Assembly: GCA_965250285.1 (NCBI GenBank) | Contig: OZ252299.1 | Span: 640,001-704,000 of the forward strand | Length of the DNA: 64,000 nucleotides | Source: Myxococcota bacterium | Lineage (GTDB): Bacteria; Myxococcota_A; UBA9160; UBA4427 | Reading direction: 5' to 3' | Shown here: positions 42,173 through 51,133 of the stretch, one piece after another | How positions within the stretch are numbered: position 1 is the first letter of the stretch | Layout: every line of letters starts with the position of its first letter | Translations under genes and position numbers: made by a program | The notes under the pieces: generated by a model | What the model saw: the letters and a program-made list of their open reading frames with translations, nothing else | Database searches by the model: none | What the model was told of the DNA's origin: nothing

Positions 42173-44062
42173 ATGTCGGGCCAGAAGCCGAGCGATTCTG
42201 GGGCGGGTCGCGAGCCGCGGCCGGGTCGTGACGCACACCGGGCCGAGCCGCGCACGACGTCGCGCGCATCGACGCGAGTCACGTGGCGAACGATCCTGAA
42301 TCTCGGCATCCACCCGCGCGAGATCTCCGTCGGCATCCGGCGCCAGATCAACGTCATCACCGCGACGACCCTTCTCTTCCTGGGTGTGTCCTGTGTGGTC
42401 GGCATCCAGGCCTACGCGATGGGCTTCACCGACGAGCTCGCCCTGCTCGTCGGGTCGTCGCTCGTCGGCGTTGCCAATCTCGAGCTGCTGCGACGCCTGC
42501 GACGCCCGATCCTCGCCGGGCACGTCGCGATCTCGATCCTCTTCGTCCTGATCGGTGTCGCCGCGTACACCGCCGGCGGCTTCTATCACCCGAGCTTCGC
42601 CTGGACGTACATCGTGCCGCTCGCCGCCGCGATGGTCGTCAACATGCGGGGTGCGCTGCTCTGGATGCTCGCCACGATGCTGCTGAGTGCCGGCTACTGG
42701 TCGGCGACCGAATTCGGCCTCGATCTCTCGCTGCCGCTCGAAGAACCCGCGCAGCGAGTCAGCGCCCTCGTCGACCGAATCATGACCATCAGCGCGGTCA
42801 CGATCCTCGGTCTCTGCTTTGGCGTCACGTATCGCCGCGCCCAGGCGCAGCTCGCCGAGGACACCCGCTTTCTGCAGCTCATGGTGTCGGGCGCCATCGC
42901 CGCGAACCAGTCCCCGTCGCTGTCCGACGCGATGGCCGAGGCGGCGGATCGAATTCGCGAGGTGCTCAACTGGCAGCGCAGCGAGGTGATCGAGATCGAG
43001 CAGGGCGCCGTCGCACCGCTGGTGCATTGGCGCTCGGCCGAGGATGACTTCGAGCTGCCGCCCACCGTCGCCGAGGCCAGCGACCGCGCGCTCGCGCTCG
43101 CCATGTCGACGGCACAGACCCAGATCGAGACGGTCGAGGTCGGCGAGCGGCCGAGCGCCTGGTCGCTCTCGACGGTGCCGACCTATCTGGCCGTCGTCGT
43201 GCCGGTGAGGTCTGGCGGACGCGTCTGGGGGGCGATCCGCTTCGTCGGCGCGCAGCGTGCGCTCGAGGTCGAGAACGACGTGCTGGTCAACATCTTCGCG
43301 CACGTGTCGGCCCAGCTCGCTCAAGTCGCGCGGCGCACCGAGCTCGAGTCCCGCATTCGACAGGAACAGAAGATGGCCGCGGTCGGCAACCTCGCGGCCG
43401 GCATGGCGCACGAGATCAACAACCCGATGGCGTTCGTGCGCAGCAACCTTCATGTGCTGCGCGAGGATCTCAACTCGGCGAAGTCGGTGCACGACCTCGA
43501 TCTCGCCGAGTGCCAGGCGGTCGTCGAGGAGTCGCTCGAGGGCGTCGAGCGTGCCGTCGGGATCGTGCGCGACGTCGTCGCTTTCTCTCGCGAGGGCGGC
43601 GTCGACCCGACATCGTGGGTCGAGACCTCGCTGGATGCGCTCGTCGCCGACTCGGTGCGCGTGGCCACCGCCGACGCGCGCAGTCGCGCGAACGTCGACG
43701 TCGACTGCCGCTCTGAGGCGATGCTCGTTTGCGCGCCGAACGCCGTGCGCCAGGTTTGCGTCAATCTGATCATCAACGCGCTGCACTCGGCGGGACCGGA
43801 CGGCGAGGTGCGCGTCGCCACCCGCGCCGAGGCCGAGGCGCTCGTGATCAGCGTCGACGACGACGGCCCGGGCGTGCCCGACGCCGATCGCGAACGCATC
43901 TTCGAGCCGTTCTTCACCACGAAGGACGTCGGCAGCGGCACGGGTCTGGGCCTCAGCATCTCGTTCGAGATCGTGGCCAGCCACGGCGGCGACCTGAGCG
44001 TGAGCGATTCGCGCCTCGGTGGGGCGCGCTTCGAGGTGCGGCTGCCGACCGAAGCCGCGTAG
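42173..44062 (+). CDS. Membrane sensor histidine kinase (multi-TM, GAF-like, HisKA, HATPase)
   Basis: AGMAHEINNP; NLIINA; DDGPG; FEPFFTTK; GTGLGL. Confidence 0.92.
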   Translation: MSGQKPSDSGAGREPRPGRDAHRAEPRTTSRASTRVTWRTILNLGIHPREISVGIRRQINVITATTLLFLGVSCVVGIQAYAMGFTDELALLVGSSLVGVANLELLRRLRRPILAGHVAISILFVLIGVAAYTAGGFYHPSFAWTYIVPLAAAMVVNMRGALLWMLATMLLSAGYWSATEFGLDLSLPLEEPAQRVSALVDRIMTISAVTILGLCFGVTYRRAQAQLAEDTRFLQLMVSGAIAANQSPSLSDAMAEAADRIREVLNWQRSEVIEIEQGAVAPLVHWRSAEDDFELPPTVAEASDRALALAMSTAQTQIETVEVGERPSAWSLSTVPTYLAVVVPVRSGGRVWGAIRFVGAQRALEVENDVLVNIFAHVSAQLAQVARRTELESRIRQEQKMAAVGNLAAGMAHEINNPMAFVRSNLHVLREDLNSAKSVHDLDLAECQAVVEESLEGVERAVGIVRDVVAFSREGGVDPTSWVETSLDALVADSVRVATADARSRANVDVDCRSEAMLVCAPNAVRQVCVNLIINALHSAGPDGEVRVATRAEAEALVISVDDDGPGVPDADRERIFEPFFTTKDVGSGTGLGLSISFEIVASHGGDLSVSDSRLGGARFEVRLPTEAA

Positions 44063-44084
44063 CCCGCGCCCGAGTCGCTCGACC

Positions 44085-44990
44085 TCAGTAGCGACGTCTC
44101 AGCTCGGCCAGAGAGTCGACGCCCGGCAGGATGAACGTCACGACGACGCCCACGTTGTAGAAGTTGGTCTGGTCGATGGTGTCGGGTCCGAGGATGGGGT
44201 CGTTGTCGAAGCGCGTGCGCTCGCGGGCGTAGCCAAGCCAGGCGGACAGCGCGACGTGCCGCTTCTCGCCCAGCGGCGGCAGCACGCTCGTCGACAAGAG
44301 AACCTGGCCTGCGTCGAGCTTCGACGTGAAGAACCGACTCGCGATCGCATCGTCACCGGTCGAGCTGCGGTGCCCATAGCGGCCCGACAGCCCGATTGAG
44401 AGCCCATCCCGGGCATACCACGTGCTCGACGCGCTCAGCTGCACGCCGTTCGAGTGCCAGTCGAACGCGAGCGGGTTGCTTAGTGAGGTATTGCGGGTCT
44501 GCGTATCCGACCGGAGATAGGCCACGCCCGCATCGACGTCGAAGGCGCCGAGGAAGAGCGCCCCGAAGAGGGCGATCTCCTGCCGGACGTCCACGTCCGT
44601 ATCCGGGGCGAGTCCGAAGGACACGCCATAGCCGAGGCCGAACGAGGATCGCTCTGAATCGCGTTGAAACGCCGAGATCGACGTGCCGACGCGACCCGTG
44701 TACGGCCCGTCGATCGTCGGAGCGAAAGCCGTGTCGAGCTTCGATCGCGTCGCCGTCCCCCCGACCGCGAGCCGCACACCCAGAGACGAGGCGACGGGAA
44801 AGACGAGCGATGCATTCCCTCCGACGCTTTGGTCGACGATGCGGGGCTGCGACCGCCAGCCGCCTCGCGAGGTGGTGGCGAACTCGTAGAACGGCGCAGC
44901 GAGCCTGAAGCCGGTCGATTCGACGGCCTCGTTCGCGCTCGAAGCGTGTGCGATCGCCAGCAGCAGGGTGGCCACGATCGTGGCTCTCAA
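44085..44990 (-). CDS. Hypothetical secreted protein, probable outer-membrane beta-barrel
   Basis: Signal peptide; alternating hydrophobic/Gly/aromatic strands. Confidence 0.6.
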   Translation of the reverse strand: MRATIVATLLLAIAHASSANEAVESTGFRLAAPFYEFATTSRGGWRSQPRIVDQSVGGNASLVFPVASSLGVRLAVGGTATRSKLDTAFAPTIDGPYTGRVGTSISAFQRDSERSSFGLGYGVSFGLAPDTDVDVRQEIALFGALFLGAFDVDAGVAYLRSDTQTRNTSLSNPLAFDWHSNGVQLSASSTWYARDGLSIGLSGRYGHRSSTGDDAIASRFFTSKLDAGQVLLSTSVLPPLGEKRHVALSAWLGYARERTRFDNDPILGPDTIDQTNFYNVGVVVTFILPGVDSLAELRRRY

Positions 44991-45228
44991 GGTCGACTCC
45001 TACGGCGCTCGAGGGCGACGGCGCAGGGCGAAGGCGCGGGTGCCGCGGCTCGAAGCCTAGCGCGCCGATCGCAGGAAACCGGACGCCGATCATACACCCC
45101 GGACAGGGCACTCGGACCGCTTCATCGCGGGGCTCGCATGCGTCTGGTTCGACCTATCAGACGATGGCGTGGCGTCGATGTTCGACAGGCGGATCGCCGC
45201 GCCCAGGGGCCCGCGCGGGCGTCAGGCT

Positions 45229-46779
45229 CTACGGCAGCGCGTCGAAGAATCGGTCGAGCTGCGCACGTCGGCCGGGTTCGAGGTAGGAGAAGTTCACGCC
45301 CCGATCGGTGAACTCGCGGTACTGCGAGTGGGTCTCGTGCATCAGCTCGTCGCGAATCGCGCGCAGGCGCTCGGGTGCATCGCTCGCCACGGTGTCGGCG
45401 ATACGACGCGCACGCGCCTCGTCGCCGCGCTCGAGAAAGAAAGTCGCGATGCGAATCTGAGCGCGACGTACGCCGACCGTCGGTGCGGCGGGCCCGGCGC
45501 CTCCGTCGCGTTCTTCGATCTCGAGTAGCAGCGCGAGCAGGCCATCGAGCTCGTCGCGCCCTTCGCTCGCGGCCCGCTCGATCAAGAGGCCGAGGTCGTA
45601 GGCGACGACCTCGAGCAGGAAGGGCTGGCCCGTCTCGTGCCCGAGGCGACCGTAGAAGCGCAGATGCCCGCCGATCGCGAGCACGTCGTCGCCTGCGCCG
45701 GCCTCCATGCGCGTCTCCCCCAGCATCCGGTAGTGATTCAGCACGTAGTAGGCCGTACGCAGATCGCGCTCGTTGATGGCGGCGCGCATGAAGCTGTTGA
45801 AGAACTGCAGCGTCAAGGGCAGCGGCAGCGCGCCCACCGCGCCGAGCCTGCGCGTATGGATCGCGATCAGGCTGGCGACGTCGCGCGCGCGGCCGAGGCT
45901 CTCCGTGTAGATCGCGTGGTACTGACGCATCACCTTGGCTTCGAGCCACGATCGGTTCGACTCGATCGTACGCAGCGCCGACTCGTCCATCGCCACGAAA
46001 TCGGGGTCGTGGGCGAGGCTCTGCGAGATCGAGAACCAGGCATCGGGCAGGTCGCGCTTCACCTGCGCATAGTGCTCGACGAACTCGGAGAGCGCGTCCA
46101 CGGCGGCCATCGCGATGCCGCGATCGGTACCGTCGCGCCCTCCACGCGCGATGTCCTCGAGCTCTTCGGTCGCTTCGATGATCTCGGCCCGGGCGCGGTC
46201 GATGTCGTGGCTGCGGGGCGGCACCAACGCCGCCTCGGCTTGCTGGCGAATCCGATCGATGACCCGCAGCGGCGAGATGAAGCGAAAGAGAAAGCTCAGA
46301 TAAGGCAGCAGCGAGAGCAGACAGAGCGTGATGAGCGCCATGCAGACGACGAGTCCGCCGCTCGGCAGGGGCGCCAGATCGGGCGAAGCCGGCGCCGGCA
46401 GGGTCGACAGCCAGAGGCAGAGGATCGTCGTCACCACGAAGAGCCCGACGATGGCCGCGTTGAGCGGCTCGCGCACGAAGAGCTGTGTGATGCGGTGGGT
46501 GTACCGGTTGGCTGCGAGCTCGACGACGATGGCGACGACGGTGATGAGAATCGCGAGCACGCCGGCGACCACCTCGGCCGCTCCCGCGAGCCGGTCGGCG
46601 GCGATGTCGTGGTCGACGGTCAGCAGATAACTGCGCGGCGCCCAGAGCAGGTCGGCTGAGCCGCCTTCGAGCAGACGTACCAGCACCAGCACCAGCAGCG
46701 AGACGCCGAGCAGCCCGACGACGGCGAGGGCCGCCCGCGAAGCGCTGGGGGCATCGACGGATCGAGCGGGCTGGCTCAC
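45229..46779 (-). CDS. DUF2254-family membrane protein
   Basis: TM segments with VELAANRYT.RI..LF; A..AVDAL motif; helical C-terminus. Confidence 0.7.
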   Translation of the reverse strand: MSQPARSVDAPSASRAALAVVGLLGVSLLVLVLVRLLEGGSADLLWAPRSYLLTVDHDIAADRLAGAAEVVAGVLAILITVVAIVVELAANRYTHRITQLFVREPLNAAIVGLFVVTTILCLWLSTLPAPASPDLAPLPSGGLVVCMALITLCLLSLLPYLSFLFRFISPLRVIDRIRQQAEAALVPPRSHDIDRARAEIIEATEELEDIARGGRDGTDRGIAMAAVDALSEFVEHYAQVKRDLPDAWFSISQSLAHDPDFVAMDESALRTIESNRSWLEAKVMRQYHAIYTESLGRARDVASLIAIHTRRLGAVGALPLPLTLQFFNSFMRAAINERDLRTAYYVLNHYRMLGETRMEAGAGDDVLAIGGHLRFYGRLGHETGQPFLLEVVAYDLGLLIERAASEGRDELDGLLALLLEIEERDGGAGPAAPTVGVRRAQIRIATFFLERGDEARARRIADTVASDAPERLRAIRDELMHETHSQYREFTDRGVNFSYLEPGRRAQLDRFFDALP

Positions 46780-46827
46780 GCGAGGTCACTCCTGTGCGGG
46801 AGCGATCGCGCGCGAGCTCCCCGCCGA

Positions 46828-47724
46828 CTACGGATGATCGAGTGGATCCTCGATCGCGAAGACCAGACGGTAGGCGAAATCCTCTGTGTGCGGTGTCGCC
46901 GCATCGCCGTCTTCGTCGTACCCATCGACACTCAGGACCGCGGCCCCTTCGGTCGCGCCGGTCGCGTACGTGATGCGGGGGAGTCGCCCCGGTCCAGCGT
47001 CGTCATCGCTGGCGAGCTTCTTGTCGGTGTCGTCACGCAGCGTCAGCAGTGCGTCGTTGAACTCGCCGTTCGCATCGTCGTAGAGGCTCGCCGTGACGAC
47101 CGCGCCTTTGATCAGCGGCACCCAGTAGTGGTCGACGTCGCCGGGCGTGAGTGTGCCCGACACCACGACAGCGCCTCGCGGTAGCAGCTGCTTCGGGCGG
47201 ATCAGCTCGTCGCCCGGGTGCGCCCGGTCGTCGTTCTGGCCCGTGTCGTCGCGTTCGGCGAACTCGGGCGCGCGCGTCACGGTGAGGCGGTATTCGAACG
47301 CTTCGCGGTGGCTGCCGTCTCGCTTCTCATCGCCAAAGCCCGTCACGGCGATCGTATGTGTGCCCGTCGTGTCGATCGGCAGTGCGACGCGCGGAGCGAG
47401 GCTGCTTCCGACGTCATCGATCTCGGCGATCGGTTTCTTGTCGTCGTCGGGGCCAAACACGGCGAGGAGCGCGTCGGCGACCTCGCCGCCCGTCTCGTCG
47501 CGCAGGGCCACGGTCACGACGTCGCCGGCGTGCGCCTCGAAGGCGAAATGGTCGACGTCGCTTCGGTCGAGCCACCCCGCGGCGAGCACGGCTTGGTCGA
47601 AGATCGGATGCACCTCGAGGCTCGTGGCCTCGGCGAGCGTATCGTTGGGCTCGCGTTCGCAGACCTGGAAGAGCGCTGTCAGGAGCGTGCCCGAGAGGAT
47701 CAGGAGGAGGGCCGAGAACTTCAT
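46828..47724 (-). CDS. Secreted protein with two PPC (pre-peptidase C-terminal-like) domains
   Basis: Signal peptide; EREPNDT...DVDHF and GQNDD...DVDHY; DDDAG; ATGA overlap with the cyclase stop. Confidence 0.8.
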   Translation of the reverse strand: MKFSALLLILSGTLLTALFQVCEREPNDTLAEATSLEVHPIFDQAVLAAGWLDRSDVDHFAFEAHAGDVVTVALRDETGGEVADALLAVFGPDDDKKPIAEIDDVGSSLAPRVALPIDTTGTHTIAVTGFGDEKRDGSHREAFEYRLTVTRAPEFAERDDTGQNDDRAHPGDELIRPKQLLPRGAVVVSGTLTPGDVDHYWVPLIKGAVVTASLYDDANGEFNDALLTLRDDTDKKLASDDDAGPGRLPRITYATGATEGAAVLSVDGYDEDGDAATPHTEDFAYRLVFAIEDPLDHP

Positions 47725-50141
47725 ACCGATGTCTCCCTTGAGGCCTGAGCGGCCGGGGTCGCGCGCGGCCGAGCATGGACGTCGATGTCTCCATGCCGTC
47801 CACGGATGGGGACGTCCGAATGGAGCTCGAAGTCGGACATCCATTCGTGAGCGCGTGCATGCGTGGCTTCGTCGACGACGATCGTGGCTTCGAGATCACG
47901 AGACAGGGCCTGCAGGCGGGCGGCCAGGTTCGTCGTGTCGCCGAGCACACCCCAGATCGTGCGGTCGATCGAGCGGATGGGCCCGGCATACGCGCGACCC
48001 GTCGCGATGCCGATCCCCAGATCGACGGGTTCGCTGCCGGGGTCGCCCTCGTCGATGGGCAAGCCGCGCACGTGCGACACGATGTCGTGCGCCGCCTCGA
48101 CGGCCGCGCGTTCCTTGTGCGGGAGCGCGTCGGGCGCGCCGAACACCGCCATCAGACCGTCGCCCTGGAAGTCGACGACCGTCCCCCCGCGTGCGTCGAC
48201 GAGCGCAGAGACGCGCTCGGTGTACCGGCTCACGAGGGTGAAGGTTCGCTCGGGCCCATATCGTTGCGACAGGCGCGTGTAGCCTCGAAGGTCGACGAAG
48301 AGCACGCTCACATCGCATTCACCGGCCGGGATGTCGGCGCGCCGAGCGAGCCGGTCGGCCACGGCCGACGGGACGTAGCCGCGAAGCAGGCGCACCATCT
48401 CGCGCTCTTCGCGGTGTACCTCTTCGAGGTCGAAGCGGCGTAGCTCGTCCGTCACCTTGTCGGCGATGCTCTGCAGCAGCGCGAGCTCGGTCGCGCCGTA
48501 CCGTGCGCCCGACGCCTTCTCCCCCAGACACAGCACGCCTTCGACGAAGTCTTCGCCGAGGATCGGCAGCAGCAGCTCGGCCCCCATCGATTCGAGCGCA
48601 GCCCGGTCGCCCTCGGCGCCGAGCTCGTCGGCCAGCCGCGCCTCGACCGTGCTCATGTCGATCACACGGGGGTCCTCGGTGAGAATGTGAGCGAGGGCGC
48701 CCTCGACCGCGAAGGTCGGTGCGATCGCGTGCCCCCGGTCGTAGAGGGGCGCGAAGACTTCGTTGGCCCGGCCGTACACGACGACGCTCGAGAGCTTCAG
48801 CCGACGCGAGAGGCCGCGCCCGAGGGCTTCGAACAGCTCGCTGGGCTTCTCGCAGTGGGCGAGGTCACGACGCAGGTCGTCGGCGCCGGCTTCGAGGGCT
48901 GCCTGGTCGGGAAACAGTCGCTGTTCGACCCACGGTCGGACGCGACGATGCAGCGCGACGAGCGCGCCCGCGGCCGCGAGGCTGAGCCCCGGGGCGCTCA
49001 CGTCGGGATCGATCCAGGCCGAGCCCGCCTCGGCCAGAGGCGGCACCGCGAGCATCACGCCCGCGAGCAGCACGGCGCCCAGTCCCGAGAGCATCATGGT
49101 CGTCGTGAGCAGGCGGTCGACGTCGAGCAGATGGTCGAGTTCGATCGCCATGAAGACGCCGACGGGGAGCAGCGCGAGCGAGACGAGCGAAATCTCGTAG
49201 AGGCCCGCCCAGTCGGGGCGAGCGAAGGCCGTGGCACCGGCGAAGACGGGCGGGAGCATCGCGAGCAACGCGCCGAGCACGATCCACTTGATCTGGCGTC
49301 GGCCGATGGGGCCGGTCCTGCGCCAGCGGTCGATCAGCACCAGGGAGAGGGTGAGCAGGAATGCCACCGAGGCTCCGACCGCGACCGGCTGGCCGAAGCG
49401 CGCGGGCAGGGGTCCACCGAACGCCCAGGTCATGGCGCCGAGGCCCATCAATGCGAACACCCATGGCAGGCCGCGCGTGCGTCGGGTCGCCCTTCCGATG
49501 TCTTCCGGGAGCGCGAGCACCGCGCGCAGCGACAACGGACCGGCGAGGCCGACGCCGAGGCCGAACGCCACGATCGCGAACGCGTTTCGCACCGGTGCGT
49601 CGCCGCCGAAGAAGTACGACCAGTGCAGGGCATAGGCACCGGCGGTGAGGAAGAAGAGGCGGGCGGCCGGATGCCGCGCGGCCCGGCGATACGCGAGGGC
49701 GCCGGTCGCCAGAAAGGAGAGGGCCAGCAGCGAGCCCCGCCACGCGTGCGGCACCGGCACGGGCGAGATCTCGACCGATGTCGCCGTGCCCGACGCGCCG
49801 CGCATCCGCTCGACCGACACCCGATCGCCATCGGCGTGCGCTGCCGCCGCGTAGAAGTCGAGCGCCGCCGCGAGTCCGCCGCCGCCCGACTGCGACCGGT
49901 CACCGATCCGGACGATGCGATCCCCGCGCCCGATCGCGCGCCGATCGGCCTCGGCCGCATCGGGCCGGACGAACGCCACGCTCGGGTCGCTGCCCTCACT
50001 GGCGTGCGAGAGCGTGAACGGCAGCCAGGCGAGCTGCCCCGTGGCGATGGCATTCAGATGCAGCACGTAGGCGATCGCGCACACGAGGAGCACGCTCCAG
50101 AAGAGCCAGGCGTCGCGCGATGTCCAGCGGGTGCGGCTCAA
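47721..50141 (-). CDS. Membrane class III nucleotidyl (adenylate/guanylate) cyclase with PDZ-like, multi-TM and GAF-like regions
   Basis: GDRIVRI (PDZ-like); LFVDLRGYT; DFQGDGLMAVF; GDTTNLAARLQ; IRGR. Confidence 0.88.
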   Translation of the reverse strand: MSRTRWTSRDAWLFWSVLLVCAIAYVLHLNAIATGQLAWLPFTLSHASEGSDPSVAFVRPDAAEADRRAIGRGDRIVRIGDRSQSGGGGLAAALDFYAAAAHADGDRVSVERMRGASGTATSVEISPVPVPHAWRGSLLALSFLATGALAYRRAARHPAARLFFLTAGAYALHWSYFFGGDAPVRNAFAIVAFGLGVGLAGPLSLRAVLALPEDIGRATRRTRGLPWVFALMGLGAMTWAFGGPLPARFGQPVAVGASVAFLLTLSLVLIDRWRRTGPIGRRQIKWIVLGALLAMLPPVFAGATAFARPDWAGLYEISLVSLALLPVGVFMAIELDHLLDVDRLLTTTMMLSGLGAVLLAGVMLAVPPLAEAGSAWIDPDVSAPGLSLAAAGALVALHRRVRPWVEQRLFPDQAALEAGADDLRRDLAHCEKPSELFEALGRGLSRRLKLSSVVVYGRANEVFAPLYDRGHAIAPTFAVEGALAHILTEDPRVIDMSTVEARLADELGAEGDRAALESMGAELLLPILGEDFVEGVLCLGEKASGARYGATELALLQSIADKVTDELRRFDLEEVHREEREMVRLLRGYVPSAVADRLARRADIPAGECDVSVLFVDLRGYTRLSQRYGPERTFTLVSRYTERVSALVDARGGTVVDFQGDGLMAVFGAPDALPHKERAAVEAAHDIVSHVRGLPIDEGDPGSEPVDLGIGIATGRAYAGPIRSIDRTIWGVLGDTTNLAARLQALSRDLEATIVVDEATHARAHEWMSDFELHSDVPIRGRHGDIDVHARPRATPAAQASRETSV

Positions 50142-50152
50142 ACGGGTTCGCC

Positions 50153-51133
50153 TCAGGGCGCGTCCGCTGACGAGACGATGCGCAGGGTCACCTTCTGTTT
50201 GCGCACGGTGGCCAACGGATCGTCTTCGTCGCTGCGGTCGACGATGTCGACGGTGTCGACGTACTCGAGGAAGGGCACGGCGCCCGCTTCGAGCCCCAGA
50301 TCTTCGATCAGCGCCTCGGTGACCGCGGGTGGCAGCTGCGCCCACTGGATGCGGATGCCTTCGCCTCCGGCACGGCCGCCGCCGCCCCCACCGGTGCCGC
50401 CGCCCCCGCCACCGCCCCCACCGCCGCCCGAGCCTCCGCCCCCGCCTGCGTCGGGGTTCGCGATGCGCGGCTCGACCGCGGGCTCGCGCCAGCCGACGCT
50501 GCCGGGGAGGCCCGTTGGCACGCAGAAGTCGCGACAGTCGATGACCCGCGATGCGTCGATGTAGTCGCCGAGATCCTTGTACGTCTCGGCGTACGTGTAG
50601 CTCTTGCCGTCGACGGTGAACTCGAGGATCAGCGTGAGCGTCGACTTCGAGAAGTCGGCCGGAAGCAGCTCGAGCACGCAGACGCCGTCGGTCTCATCGG
50701 GCGTCTGGCATTCGGCGTCGCTATTGCACGGCTCGCCACGGAACGGTCCGTCGCTGCACTCGTTGTTCTCGACGTGCGGCACGGTCTCGGTGCTGTCGAA
50801 GCCGCCCGAATCTTTGTCGGAGATGATCGTCAGGAAGCCCCGGATCTCGCGCTCGACGAGCTCGGTCGAGCAGGTCGCCGCGGCGCCCGCGGCGCTGCCG
50901 TCGTTGCAGTCGCCATCGTCGACGCAGGTTCGGCCGTCGAGATCCCCGCCCACGCAGAGGCCGAGGCCGATCGCGGCTTGTCGGGCGTTTGGCCCCGGGG
51001 AGGCCGCGTCGGCCATACCCGCGAGGGCGAAGGCGAACGCGACGACCCCGATCGCCGTGAGCTGTGCGTGGATCAGTCGGGTCGTCGGGGGTGAGAAGCG
51101 AGTCGGAGAGAGATGCCATGCGAGCGTTCTCAT
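50153..51133 (-). CDS. Secreted Cys-rich protein with poly-Gly linker
   Basis: Signal peptide; two C-x-x-G-x3-G-x2-C-x2-D-x2-C units; ~25-aa Gly run; ATGA overlap with the lnt stop. Confidence 0.75.
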   Translation of the reverse strand: MRTLAWHLSPTRFSPPTTRLIHAQLTAIGVVAFAFALAGMADAASPGPNARQAAIGLGLCVGGDLDGRTCVDDGDCNDGSAAGAAATCSTELVEREIRGFLTIISDKDSGGFDSTETVPHVENNECSDGPFRGEPCNSDAECQTPDETDGVCVLELLPADFSKSTLTLILEFTVDGKSYTYAETYKDLGDYIDASRVIDCRDFCVPTGLPGSVGWREPAVEPRIANPDAGGGGGSGGGGGGGGGGGTGGGGGGRAGGEGIRIQWAQLPPAVTEALIEDLGLEAGAVPFLEYVDTVDIVDRSDEDDPLATVRKQKVTLRIVSSADAP

